A stretch of 64,000 nucleotides of DNA from the human T2T-CHM13v2.0 reference genome, Homo sapiens. Positions 30,531-45,303 of the stretch are shown piece by piece. The number at the start of each line of letters is the position of its first letter. Position 1 is the stretch's first letter. The position numbers were made by a program, and so were the translations under genes. The notes beneath the pieces are model-generated. The model saw only the letters and a list, made by a program, of their open reading frames with translations, did not search any database and was not told the DNA's origin. The DNA lies in NCBI RefSeq assembly GCF_009914755.1, contig NC_060948.1, one strand, 5' to 3'.

Positions 30531-31962
30531 CTCTTTGCGTCTCAGTCTTTCATTTGCTATTAATCTAACAGTATTTTAATGCCATTTCATGTATCTTTAG
30601 ATAATATTAATAGAAAGACAACAGTATTTTCAAGAAACACAAATAGAGAGAATCACCTGGTAGCAGTTATAGAATATTAGAAAAATTTCCTCGTTAACCT
30701 GAAAATTATAAAGTTAAAGAATTAGAATATTATCTGATTACAAAACTTACTTATGGAATCATGCACCCAGAAAGTTGCCAAGTGAGATTCCTGAAAGAAC
30801 TGCTATATCAGACACATACAATGATAGAGACATTGGATAATAGAATTGCAGAGATTCAAAGACATGACACCTGAGCATCCTTGCTCTTTTTCCTTTGTTC
30901 CAGTAATATCTGGTCTTATTTCTCCTCTAGCACTTACCCCATTTAGTTGTTTTTCCTCCACTGATCTATGAGCTCCTCAAGGTAAAGTCCGTCATATTTT
31001 GTTTTATGTTTTCAACTGTGACCACAATATATTGCACGTGGTAGACCCGTGGAAGTATTTTTGAATGGTTAAATGAATGAAGGTGCATTAACAGAGTCAT
31101 GTGAACATTCAGAGAAGTGAGAACTCCCAAGTACTAAATTGAACCTAGAAAGCATCCTATTTCTCATCATCACTCAGTACAGAGCATATAAAAAAACTAG
31201 TTTGAGCAACCTATTTTGGAAAAGTTTTATAAACAAATCTTTAATTGCTCACTAATAGGCCCAGGGGTTAAACATCTAAGAACCATATATTATTTTTAAA
31301 AGATAATTCTTGTTTCCTTTCAAAATACACTTATTTATATCATAGAAATAGAAATACATAACAGACAATTTGAGAAACACAAACAAGTCACTCATAATAA
31401 AATCACCCAAACATAGCCACTGATATTATGGAAATCATAGTGCACTTGTGCTTTTATAGGCTGTTTTTTTTTCTAATTTTATTTTGTATAATAAGCACTA
31501 TTCTGTTTTGCAATATAGCCTACAAAACTGTGTTTTTAATAATTAAAAATAGTATGTCCAGTGAATGTACAAAAAAAATTTATGTAGTGATACTCTATGT
31601 TGTTAAAGACTCAAATGCTTTCCAATTGGTCTTACTATAAATAATACTGTGATGAACAACCTCATCCATATGATAGTTTGATAAATAATGTCATAGGTTG
31701 TACTGTCAGATTGGAAGTATTAAGCATTCTAGGATTCCAAATATACATAGTTCCAAAATATTTCTAATAATTTACAATGATGTCAGCAATGTATAAGTGC
31801 ACCTGCTTTGCCACATTTCAGTAATGCAAATAAACATTTTCAAATATATGCTAATGTAATTGGTGAAAAGTAAAGACACTACATTATCATTTTAATTAAC
31901 TTTTTTCTAGTAGAGTTATTTTTTTCCATATATTTTCTCTTTACTGAATTATCTTTAGCTTT

Positions 31963-32382
31963 TGTAGCAGCCTTTGTTGACAGCCTGGAAATACCTTTTC
32001 ACAGCTACTGCCTGTGCTGCTAACAACTCTTATTTATAACCCTAACTGGAAGATTGTCTTTGAAAGATTGGAGCCAACTCCAGCAGAAGTGACTGAGTTG
32101 TGTCTTCCACCCAGATCAGCACTTAATTAGTGGAACAGGAGAACAAAACTCACTCCCTTGCCTCAAAAGATGATGGGGCCAAATGTGAGGTAAAATTTGC
32201 ATTTCAGATTTCCCTGTGGGATCAGACTGAGGCTGGACTTCATCTGGAAAACACATCTTTGCATAGCCTCTTTTATTTCCCTATCCTGCCTCCCTCAATT
32301 CCTTATAGGTATCCCCTAAAAGCAGTCCTTAAAAAATAATCTCCCATTCCAGCATATGCTTTTAGGGAGCCCAACCTAAATA
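31963..32382 (+). mobile_element. LTR16 (C-like) ERVL LTR
   Basis: 'tccctgtgggatcagactgaggctggacttcatctg...ctcccattccagcatatgcttttagggagcccaacctaa'. Confidence 0.7.
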
Positions 32383-32795
32383 TATATACTTTACATATTT
32401 ATGTAGTATGAGTTTAGTGTATATTTTTTAGGTCTTAATTTGTTTTTAATCTCCATTCCAGAATTTGGTAAATAGAGTTTTGTTTTCATACAGTATTTTA
32501 ATAGGAAAGCAGATCTATATGATTCTCTTAACACTTTTGGAATATAAATACTCTTTTTATTATTTTTTGTTTAAAAATATGAGATTTAATATGGGAAAAT
32601 ACAAAGATTTTAGAAGGATTGGAGAGTCTCATTGTAAATTTGTTATTCCACCACCACACACACACACACACAGAAAAAAAAAACAATAAAAACTTTCTTA
32701 CCCTGAAGCATTGTACAGCATAGTAAATAACATCTAATCACTCATCTGTTCAGGCCAAAATCTTCAAAGTCATTCTTGCTGCCTTTCTGTAACAT

Positions 32796-35185
32796 TGTAT
32801 TAGTCCGTTCTCTCATTGCTATAAAAAATGAAACTGGGTAATTTATGAAGAAAAGAGGTTTAATTGGCTCACGGTTCTGCAGGCAGGAAGCATGGCTTGG
32901 AAGGCCCCCAGAAACTTACCATCATGGTGGAAGGTGAAGATGAAAGAGGTACATCATACATTGTCAAAGCAGGAGGAGGGGGTAGGACAGGGATATACTT
33001 CTTTAAACAGACAGATATTGTGAAAACTCTCTCACTATAAAAAAAAATAAACAGCAAGGGGCATATCCACCCCCATGATCCAATCACCTTTCACTCAGCC
33101 CCTCCTTCAACATTATGATTAAAATTTGACATGAGATTTGGACAGGAACACAGGCACAAACCCTATCATTCCACCCCTGGTTCTCCCCAAATCTTATGTC
33201 CTTCTCACATTTCAAAACACAATTATGCCTTCCCAACAGTCCCCCAAAGTCTTAACTTATTCCAGCATTAACTCAAATGTCCAAAGTCTAAAGTCTTATC
33301 TGAGACAAAGCAAGTCCCTTCAGCCTATGAGCCTCTAAAATCAAAAGCAACTTAGCTACTTCCTAGATACAATGGGGGTACAGGTATTGGGTAAATACAC
33401 CTATTCCAAAAGGGACAAATTGGCCAAAACAAAGGGGCTACAGGTTCCATGCAAGTCTGAAACCCAGCAGGGCAATCATCAAATCTTAAAACTCCAAAAT
33501 GATCTCCTTTAACTCCATGTCTCACATCCAGGACACACTAATTCAAGGCATGGGCTCTCAAAGCCTTGGACATCTCCACTTCTGTGGCTCTTCAGGGTAA
33601 AGCCACTTTGGTTGGTTTCTTGGGCTGGCATTGAGTGTCTGTGGCTTTTTCAGGTGCACAGTGCAAGCTGTTGGCAGTTCTACCATTCTGAGGTCTGGAA
33701 GATGGTTGCCCTCTTCTCATAGCTCCACTAGGCAGTGCTCCAGTGGGGACTCTATGTGTGGGCTCCAATCCCACATTTCCTCTTCACACTGCTCTAGTAG
33801 AGGTTCTCCATGAGGGCTCTGCCCCTGCAGCAGACTTCTGCCTGGACATCCAGGCATTTCTATACATCCTCTGAAATCTAGGCAGTGGCTTCCAAGCCTT
33901 AACTTTTGCCCTCTGTGCACCCACAGGTTTAACATCACGTGAAAGCCATCAAGGCTTATGGCTTGCACCCTCTAAAGCAGTGGCTTGGATGTACCTGGAG
34001 CCCTTTGAGCCACAGCTGGAGCTGAAGGAACTGGGATAGAGGCAGCAGTGCCCCAAGGTTGTGCAATGCAGAAGAGCATTGGGCCTGGCCCACAAAACCA
34101 ATGTTTCCTCTTAGGCCTTTGCGCCTGAGATGGCAGGGGCTGCCAGGAAGGTTTCTGAAGTTCCTTCAAGGTATTTTCCCCATTGTCTTTGCTATTATTA
34201 TTCAGCTCCTCTTTACTTATGTAAATTTCCCTAGCAGGCTTAAATTATTCCCCAGAAAATGAATTTCCCTCTCTGACAATTTGTTCAAACTGCAAATTTT
34301 CCAAACTTTTATATTGTACCTCCCTTTTAAATATATGTTTCAGTTTCAGATCATTTCATTGCTAAGGCATATGAGCACATGTTGTTAGAAGCTGCCAGTC
34401 ACTTCTTGAACACTTTGCAGCTTGGAAATTTCTTTTGCCAGATACTATAAATCATCTCTGTCAACTTCAAAGTTCCACGGATACCTACAGCAGGGGCACG
34501 ATGCTTCCAGGCTCTTTGCTAAAGAATAGAAAGGATGACTTTTAGTCCAGTTCCCAATATAATCCTCGTCTTAATCTGAGACCACTTCAGCCTGGACTTG
34601 TTTGTCCATATCACTATCAGCATTTTGGTCACAACAATTTAATAAGTCTCAAGGAAGTTCCAAATTTTCCTCATTTTTCTATCTTCTTCTGAGCCCTCCA
34701 AACTGTTTCAACCTCTGCCCATTACTAGGTTCCAAAGTGGCCTCTGCATTTTCAGGTATCTTTATAGGAATGCCTGACTTTCTGCCTCTGATTTTCTGTA
34801 TTGAGCAATGTGAGTCCATTCTTGCTTTGCTATAAGAAACTGAGACCAGGTAATTTATAAAGAAAAGAGATTTAATTGGCTTATGGTTCTTTAGGCTGTA
34901 TAGGAAGCATGGCTCGGGATGCCTCCGGGAACTTAAAATCATGGCAGAAGGTGAAGATGAAGGAGACATGTCTTACATGGCCAAAGCGGGAGAAAGAGGG
35001 AGCAGGAGGAAGTGCTACAAACTTTTAAACAACCAGATCTCATGAGAACTCACTCACTGTCATGAGAACAGCAAGGAGAAAAGAGACTCCAATGATTCAA
35101 TCATCTCCCACTAGGCCCCTCTACCAACTTTAGGATTACAAATCTACATGAGATTTGGGTGGAGACCTAGACCCAAACCATATCA
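32796..35185 (-). mobile_element. Complete MSTA-like MaLR element (LTR 32796-33168, internal 33169-34796, LTR 34797-35185)
   Basis: Two same-orientation LTRs 'tgtatt...atca' flank an MST-int body ('ctgagacaaagcaagtcccttc', 'gctccactaggcagtgc', 'gagggctctgcccctgcagcagacttctgcctggacatccaggc'); flanks resemble L2. Confidence 0.92.
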
Positions 35186-38100
35186 CACACCTAATATCAA
35201 ATCCATCAGCCACTATTTCTAGCATCTGTTAACCATCTTTCTACCCTCTCTGCCCATGAGTTCAATTATTTTTATTTTTAAATCCCACAAATAAGTGAGA
35301 ACATGAGATGATTTTCTTTCCATGCCTGTCTTACTCAACATAATTATCTCTAGATCCATCCATGTTCTCACAAATGCCTGAATCTCATTTTTTATGCACC
35401 ATTTTTTATAAGTTCCCCATTTTACTATCCATTAATCTTTTGATGGCACTTAGGTTGCTTCCAAATCTTGGCTATTGTGAACGGTACTGCAACAAACATG
35501 TGAATGCAGATATCTCTTTTACATATTGATTTTCCTTATTTTTGGATGTATGCCCAGCAGTAAGATTGCTGGATCATATGGTAGCTCTATTTTTAGTTTT
35601 TTTGTGGAACCTCCATGCTGTTTCTTTATAGTGGCTGTGGTAATTTACATTCCAATCAACAGTGTATGAGGATTCTCTTTTCTCCACATCCTTGCCAGCA
35701 TTTGTTACTGCCTGTCTTTTGAATATAAGCCATTTTACCTGGGGCGAAATGATACCTCATTGTAGTTTTCATTTGCATTTTTCTGATGATCAGTGATGGT
35801 GAGCACGTTTTCATATGCCTGCATGCCATTTGTATGTCTTCTTTTGAGAAATGTCTATTTAAATCTTTTACTCATTTTTGATTGAATTATTATATATTTT
35901 CCTATAAAGCTGTTTGAGTTCCTTTTATATATATGTATGTATATATACAGTATAAAACCAGTATATATATATACTGGTTATGAATCCATTGCCAGTTGGG
36001 GAGTTTGCAAATATTTTTTCCCTTTCTATGGGTTGTCTCTTCACTTTGTTGATTATTTCCTTTGCTATGCAGAAGGTTTTTAACTTGAGGTCATCCAATT
36101 TGTCTACACTTGCTTTGGTTGCTGGTGTTTGTGGTGTATTACTCAGTAAATCTTTGCACAGACTAATGTGTTGGAGAATTTTTCCAAAGTTTTCTTGTAG
36201 TAGTTTCAAAGTTTGAGATCTTAAAGTATTTAATCTATTTTAATTTTATTTTTGTATACCATGAGAGATGGGGTTCAAGTTTCCTTCTTCTCCATATGGA
36301 TGTCCAATTTTCCCAGCACATTTATTGAAGAGAGTATCTTTTCTCTAGCACATGGTCTTGGCACCTTTGTAAAAAATTAGTTTACTGCAGGTTTGTAGAT
36401 TTGTTTCTGGGTTATCTATTCTGTTCCATTGATCTATGTGTCTGTTTTTATGCCAGTACCATTCTGTTTTGGTTACTATAAGCTCTGTAGTATAATTTGA
36501 AATCAGGCAATTTGATTCCTCTAGTTTGTTGTTGATGTTGTTTTTTACTTACTTAGCTGTGACTATTCTGAATATTTTGTGACTGCATATAAATTTTAGG
36601 ATGGTGTTTTCTTTTTCTTGAAGAATGTATTTGGTATTTTGATAGGGGTTGCTTTAAATCTGTAGATGTTTTTGGATAGCATGGACATTTTAATAAAATT
36701 GATTCTTCCAATCCAGGAAAATGGAATATTTTTTCATGTCTTTGGTTTCCTATTCAATTTCTTTCATCGGTGTTTTATAGTTTTCATTATCATAGAGATC
36801 ATTCACATCTTCTGTTAATTCCTAGGTATTTAATTTTATTTGTGACTATTGTAATTGGGATTACTTTTTATTTTCTCTTTCACAATTTTTACCATTGGCA
36901 TATAAAAATGCTACTAATTTTTGTACATTGATTTTGTATCCTGAAACTTAACTGAATTTATTAGTTCTAATCATTGTTTTTGTGGAGTCTTTGGGTTTTT
37001 CCAAATATAAAATCATAACATCTGCAAACAAGAAAAAATTGACTTCATCCTTTGCAATTTCGATGTCCTTTATATCTTTCTCTTGTCTGATTGCTCTAGC
37101 TAGGGGTTCCAGTACTATGTTTAATAACAAAGGGTGAAAGTGGGTGTCTTTATTGTGTTTCCAATCTAAGAGGAAAGGCTTTCAGTTTTTCCCCATTCAG
37201 ACTTAAACCATATCAATTTTGAAGGAAAGGCTTTCAATTTTCTCCTACACAGACCCAAACCATATCATTAGTTATGGTTACAGAAGCATAACTATGGTTC
37301 TATAATATATGACTTTTATTGTGTTGATGTATGTTCCTTCTATCCCCAGTTTTTTGAGAGTTTTTATCATGAAGAGATGCTAAATTTTATCAAATGCTTT
37401 TTCAGTATCAATATTAATGCTAATACAGTTGTTGTCCATCTTTCTGTTCATATGACGTGTCACATTGATTGATTTGCTTGTGTTGAACCATTCTTGCATT
37501 CCAGGGATAAACTGGACTTGGTCATGATGAACTATCTTTTTAATGTATTGTTGAATTTGATTTGCTAGCATTTTGTTGAAGATATTTGCATCAATATTCA
37601 TCAGAGATATTGGCCTACAGTTTTCTTCTTTTATGTATCTTTGGTTTTTGTATCAGAGTAATACTGACCTTGTATAAGGAGTTTAGAAGTAGTTCTTCCT
37701 CTATTTTTCAGAATCATTTGAGTAGAATTGGTATTATTTTCTAAATGTTTGGTAGAATTCAGTAGTGAAGCCATTGAGTTCCAAGCTTTTCTTTACTAAG
37801 AGACTTCTTATTATGGCTTCTATCTTGTATCATGTCATTGGGCTGCTTAGATTTTTTATTTCTTTATGGTTCAATCTGAGTAGGTTTTATGTGTCTAGGA
37901 ATTAGTGCATTTCTTCTCGATTTCCCAATTCATTGGCATATAGTTGCTCATAGTAGCCACAAATTATCCTTTGAATTTCTGCAGTATCAGTTGTAATATC
38001 TTCTTTCTCATCTCTTATTTTATTCGAATCTTACCTTTTTGTCTTTGTCTGGCTAAAGGTTTGTCAATTTTGTTTAGCTTTTCCAAAAATCAGCTTCTTG

Positions 38101-38942
38101 TTTCATTCATGCTTTGTATTGTTTCCTTCATTTTAAATTCATTTATTTCTGCTTTAATCTTTATTATTTCCTTTCTTCCACTAATTTTGGGTTTGGTTTG
38201 GTTTGCTCTTGCTTTTCTAGTTTTTTAAGCTGCATCATTAGGTTATTTACTTAAAGTTTTTCTTCTTTTTTGATGTTTGCACTGATAGCTATGAACTGCC
38301 CTCCTAGTACTGCTTTTCCTGCATCCCATAAGGTTTGGTATGCTGTGTTTTCATTATCATTTGTTTCTAGAAATTTTTCTATTTTCTGCTTATTTTCTTC
38401 ATTGACCCACTGGTCATTCAGGGACATCTTTTTAAATGTCCATTTATTTGCCCAGTTTCTGAATTCTTCTTGGTATTAATTGCTAGTTTTATTTCATGTG
38501 GTCAGAGAAGATGCTTGATATTATTTTAATTTGTTTTGAAAGTTTTAAGACTTGCTTTGTGACCTAACATATGGTCTATTCTTCAGAATTATCTAAGTGC
38601 TGAGAAAAGAATGTATATTTTGCAGCTGTTAGATAAAACGTTTTGTAAATATGTATTCAATTTTGTAAATATTAATTGGTCTACAGTGCACGTTAAATCC
38701 AATGTTTCTTGGTTGACTTTCTGTTTGAAAGATCTGTCCAATACTGAAAGTGGGGCATTATGGTAATGAGGCCTATCTCTCACTTTAGCTCTAATAATAT
38801 TTGCATTATGTATCTGGGTGCTCCATTGTTGGGTGCATATATATTTACAATTGTTACATCCTCTTGCTGAATTGACCCCTTTTTCGTTATATAGTGAGCT
38901 TCTTTGTCGCTGCTTATAGTTTTTGTCTTGAAATCTATTTTG

Positions 38943-39088
38943 AATTTTTACTATTTTTTTATTTTTAGTAGAGACAGGGTTTCTCACCTTGTTGCCCAGG
39001 CATGTCTCAAACTTCTGAGCTCAGACAATCTGCCCGCCTTGGCCTCGCAAAGTGTTAGGATTACAGGTGTGAGCCACCACATCCAGCC
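38943..39088 (-). mobile_element. FLAM (free left Alu monomer)
   Basis: Left arm only with a T-rich tail; TSD TTGAAATCT(A/G)TTTTG at 38928-38942 and 39090-39104. Confidence 0.85.
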
Positions 39089-39856
39089 ATTGAAATCTGT
39101 TTTGTCTTATATAAGTAGAGTGACTCCTGCTCTTTTTTCGTTTACATTTTCATGAGATATCTTTTTCCATCTCTTTAATTTCAATCTATGTGTGTATTTA
39201 TAGGTGAAGCATCCTTCTTGTAGGCAAAGTATTAATTGGCCTTGTTTCATAATTCATTCAGCCTGTCTATGTCTTTTGATTGGAGAGTTTATTTTATTTA
39301 CCCTAAATGCTATTATTGGTAAGGACCAATTTCTGCCACTTTTTGTTTTCTGTTTGTTTCCTGGTCTTCTCTTCCTTCTTTCATTTCTGTCTTCCTTTTG
39401 GTAAAATGATTTTCTCTGGTGGTAAGATTTTGTTTCTTGAATTTTATTTTATTTTTGTATCTCTTGTATAGTTTTTGGTTTGAGGTTACCAGGAGACTTG
39501 CAAATACTATCTTATAACCCATTATTTTAACCTAATAACTAGTTCATAAAAACAAAAAAGCAAAAATAAAACTAACAAAATGACTACATCTTAACTTTGT
39601 CCACCCATTTTTTTTAACTTTTTGTTGTTTCTATTTATAAATTATACAAACTTCATGTTTGTATATTGAAAAGTTGTTGTAGTTATTATTTTTCATTGGT
39701 TCATTGTTTAGTTTTCTACTTAGCAAAAGAGTAATTAAAACACCACAATTACTGTGTTATAATATTCTGTTTCTCTGTGTACTTACTATCATCAGAGAGT
39801 TTTGTACTTGCATGTGATTACTTATTGCTCATTAACATCCTTTTATTTTTGATTGA

Positions 39857-40187
<331 letters not shown>

Positions 40188-40912
40188 TCCCTTTACCATT
40201 TCTTTTAGGACAAGTCTAGTGTTGATGAAATCCCTCAGCTTTTGATTGTCTGACAAAGTCTTTATTTCTCCTTCATGTTCAAAGGATATTTTCACCAGAT
40301 ATGTGATTCTAGGGTAGAAGTTTGTTTGTTTGTTTTTTCCCTTCGGCACTTTACATAGGTCATTGCACTTTCTCCTAGCCTGTAAAGTTTCCAGTAAAAA
40401 GTCTGCTGTTAGACATTTTAAAGCTCCGTGCTTGTTATTTGTAGTTTTTTTTTCTCTTGTTGCTTTTAGCAAGAGCAAACTTTTGGAAGTTTGATTATTT
40501 AATGTCCATTGTATGTTATTTCTTTTCTCTTGCTGTGTTTAAGATATTTTCTCTATTCTTGAACTTCAGGGGTTTGGTTATTAAATGTTTTGATATAGTC
40601 TTTGTGCTAAATATGCTTGATGTTCTGTAACCTTCTTGCACTTTGATATTAATTTTTTCTAGATTTGGGAAGTTCTCTGCTGTATTCCTTTAAGTAAACT
40701 TTGTACTCTTACCTGTTTCTCTCTCTACCTCCTCTGTAAGAACAAGGACTCTTAGATTTGCTCTTTTGAGGTCATTTTTTAGGTCCTACAGGCATGCTTC
40801 ATTGATTTTTATTATTTTTTCTTTTCTCTCCTCTGTGTATTTTCAAATAGCATGTCTTCAAGCTCACTAATTCTTCTGATTGATGAATTCTGCTATTAAA
40901 AGTATCTGATGC

Positions 40913-41211
<299 letters not shown>

Positions 41212-42740
41212 ATCTAATGCATTCTGCAGTATTCCAATTGCATTTCTTTTGCTCCAGGGTTTCTTCCTGAGTCTTTGTAATCATTTTAATCCCTTTGTTA
41301 AATTTTTCTGATGTAATTCTGAATTCTTTCTTTGTATTATATTGAATATCTTTGCATTTCCTTAAAACTGCTATTTTAAATTCTCTGTCTCAAAGTTCAC
41401 ATATTAGTGTTTTTCCAGGATTAGTTCTTAGTGCCTTATTTCTTTCATATGATGAGGTCATGTTTTCCTAGGTTATCTTGATACTTATAGATCTTCATTT
41501 GTATCTGGACGTTGAAGACTTAGGTAATTGTAGTCTTCCCCGTCTGGGATTGTTTGTACTCATCCTTCTTGGGAAGGCTTTTCAGATATTAGGAAGGACT
41601 TGGGTGTTTTTATCTAAGCTGTATCTGCTTTAAGGTGTGCCCCAAGCCTATTAACACTGTAGTTCTTCCAGAATTTCAGAGGTATCCTCTTGATGGTCTT
41701 GGGCAAGATCTGAGACAATTCTCTGGATTACCAGGCAGAGACTCTTGTTCTCTTCTCTGTCTCTCAAGCAAATGGAGTCTCTCTCTTTTCTGAGCTACCT
41801 GAGGCTTGAGGTAGAGTGACACAAGCACCCCATGGCCACCACCACTAAAACTGCACTGGGTCAGATCTGAAGCCAGCATAGCACTCTGTCTCATCAAAGG
41901 CCTCCTATAACCACTCTACTGCTTATGTTTGTTCTAAGCCTTGGGACTCTATAATCAGCAGTACACAAAGCCAGTAAGTTCTGTCTCTTTTCTTTTGGGA
42001 CAGTGAGTTCCTCCAAGCTCTTGCAGGGTCCAGAGTTGCTGTTTAGGAGGCAACTCCTAACAGCAAGAGTAAAATACCTTAGAAGTCTACCTGGTATTGT
42101 ATTGTACTGTGGCTGAGGTGGCACTCAAATCACAATATGCAGTCCTTTCCACTCTTCCCTACCCTTTCTAAAGGCAGAGGCACCTCACTCTGTGATCACT
42201 GCTACAACAGGCCCATGGGGAGTACAGCCAGACTACCATGAATGTTCCCTCAATGCCCAAGGGCTCTTCAGTCAGCTTGTGGTGGATGCTATCTGGCCTG
42301 GGACTTACCTTTCAGGGAAGTGGTCTCCCCTCTGGCCCAGGGAATCTCCGGAAATTCCATCCAAGAGCCAAGTCCTGAAATTGCCAATCTCAAGGGTTCA
42401 CTTGTTACTCTACCCTCCCCACGGCTGAGCTGTTACTTGAAGTCAGCAAGTCTCAGAGTCCCACCCAAGGCCCTGAATGTCATACCTTTGTATCACTGCT
42501 AGTAATTCAAGGCCAAAACCTCTTCAGTAAGCAGATGATTAATCCTTCCAGGACTGTATTTTTTTTTCTTCAAGGAAGCAAGTTCCCTTCTGGCCCAGGG
42601 TATGTCTAGAAATGTTAGTTGGAAGCCTGGAAAGAGGACTTTATGATTCTGACTGGTTTTCTATCCTGCTGTGCCTGAGTTGGTATCCATGATACAATAT
42701 CCTCACCACTCTTCCCTCTCCTCTCCTCAGGTGGAAGGAA

Positions 42741-44118
42741 AAATCACAGACTGGGAGAAAATATTTGGAAGATACATATCTGATAAAGAAATTGTATCCA
42801 AAATATACAATGAACTCGTAAAAGTCAACGATTGGAAAACAACCCATTTAAAAATAGGAAAACCTTAAAGTCTTTCCTCTAAGACCTGAGAAAATAATTT
42901 TAAACCTCACAAAAGAAGATTTATAGATAGTAAGTAAAGACATAGAAAGATGCTTAACATTATTTTCCATTAGGAAAATGCAAATTACAAGAATGAGATA
43001 TCACTAAACACCTGTTAAAATGACTAAAATACAAAATGTCTAACTATACCGAGTTTTATCAAGGATGTGGAACAACAAGAACTCTCATTCATTCCTGGTA
43101 GGAATGCAAATGGTACAGCTACTTTGTAAGACAGTTTGGCAGTTTCTTCAAAATTAATCATAGCCTTACTATACCATTCAGCAATTAAACTCTTAGGTAT
43201 TTACACAAGTGATTTGAAAATTTATGTCCATAGAAAACCCTGCATGTGAATGCTTATAGTTTTTATTCATGATCACTAAAAACTAGGAGCAACAAAGATG
43301 TCATCAATAGATGAGCAGATAAATAAACTTATACATCGATAGTATATAATACTATTTTCATTGATTAAAAGGAAAAAGCTATTAATTCACTTGCCAATAT
43401 GGATAAATTTTAAATGTCTCTTGCTAATTGAAAGAAGCCAGTATGAGGAGGCTACATACTGCATGATTCCATTTATATAACAATCTGGAAAATAATAAAC
43501 AGTAAAGATGGTAAACAGATCAAGAATTGTCAAGGGTTTGAGAAAGGGAATGGGGGTCTAGATGACACACAGGAAATTTTTTTTTTTTCAGGATGGTGAA
43601 ACAGTTTCATATGGTACTCCAGTGGTGAATATATTACACTACACCTTTGTCAAATCCACAGAACTTTACAACAGAAGAATAAACCTTTAAGTATGGAAAT
43701 TTTAAAACATCAACTAGAAGGGAAGGGTATCCAAGAATAAAATGTAGATTATGACAACAGAACCTAACTGTATTATAAATGTATAATATAACCTCACTGA
43801 AACAAGGAAGGGGATAGAGATGCTGACCTGAATAGTTTTGGAAATGAATAGAATCTATAAGACTAAAGACAAAGAAGTGATACATGAGCACTGTACTCTT
43901 ATTATACCTATGTGGGTATAATAAAATTGAACAAATAAGAAAAATGATTCATGGATGGTGGGGACTAGGTTTTTTCACTGTGGTAGTTAGAGATTACAGA
44001 TAAGCAAGGAGAGAGGCCAGAATGAACCTTTTAGTACTGATTAGAGTTGGAGATATAAGTATCAATTCATTTTTATTTCAATATAAATACATTTGTGTGT
44101 GTGTGTAGATATATATAT

Positions 44119-44156
<38 letters not shown>

Positions 44157-44990
44157 AATTATAAACCTGTGTATATACTGGGGTTAGTATATATTAGCAC
44201 TATCTGTTGAAAGGCCTTAGAAACAATGAGATGCCAGTAACAACAAACACATCTAGTGCCCAGGAGTTGTTGTCTAATTCCATTCTTCAACAAAAAGAAC
44301 TGAGGATCCTTGGAGAAGAGGATGGAACTAGGGCCTGAGGCAGAAAATATATAGGATTGGCCTGGAGAAGTTTATAGGGCAGGAAAATGAGAGAGATTAA
44401 AAAAAATCAAGCCCACAATGATGAAGATTTGTCAAGGAGACACCAGAACCAACCGAAAGAGCTCCTAATGGCCAAAGTTGGGGTAATTTAAGCAATAAAA
44501 TACACTTCAAGGAAGTGGAGCATAACTCCCCTTCCCTTAAAGTGTGGAACTGGCTTTCTGACTGGAAAAGAAAGGAGGGAAAAATAACTTTATAGTGGAG
44601 AAATTTTCAAAAACTACCTCAACTGTTGATCAAGGTTAGCATCATCAGTATTAAGTCATGTTGGTAGGATTTACCCTTGATATCATATGATTAAAATAGC
44701 ACTTTACCTCCCAAAACTCATAACCACAATCTAACTATGAGATAAACAGAAGACACCCCAAAATCAAGGGAAATTCTACAAAACACCTGGCCAGTATGCC
44801 TTAAAGCTGTTAAGGTTATAAAAAACCAAAGTGAATCTGAGAAACTGTTATATTCCAGAAGATCCTAAGGAGACATGATGACTAAATTTAGGATGTATCC
44901 AGGATGGAACTCTGGAAAATAAACCAAAGAAACCTGAATAAATCATGGAATTTAGTTAATGATAATACTAATATATATTTGCAATGTTTT
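42741..44990 (+). mobile_element. Old L1 (L1MC/L1MD-type) 3' end with long 3'UTR
   Basis: 'cacagactgggagaaaatatttg...atatctgataaag', 'gaacaacaagaactctcattcatt', long 3'UTR 'gataagcaaggagagaggccagaatga', 'ctaaggagacatgatgactaaa'. Confidence 0.75.
44095..44154. repeat. (TG)n(TA)n microsatellite
   Basis: Seen directly. Confidence 0.95.
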
Positions 44991-45024
44991 AATACATTTG
45001 AAAAAAACACTTTTCCACAAACCA

Positions 45025-45165
45025 TATAATAATTTAATTTTACATTTAAAAATAACTTGCATAGTATAATTGGATTATTTGCAATATGAAGGATAAATGC
45101 TTGAGGTATAGATACCCCATTTCACATGACATGATTATTATGCATTGCATTCCTGTATCAAAACA

Positions 45166-45233
<68 letters not shown>

Positions 45234-45283
45234 ATATATATACATACCTACTGTGTACCAACTAAAATTAAAATTAAAAAATT
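45025..45283 (+). mobile_element. L1MA2/3-like extreme 3' terminal fragment containing a (CT)n(AT)n microsatellite
   Basis: 'ataataatttaatt...tataattggatt...ggataaatgcttgagg...gcattgcattcctgtatcaaaacatctc...cctactgtgtacc...aaaattaaaa'. Confidence 0.85.
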
Positions 45284-45303
45284 TAAGTAAATCATGCTAA
45301 TCA

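Noticed and set aside
33169-34796. Cluster of ORFs in GC-richer sequence
   Set aside because: Decayed MST internal region, not a host gene
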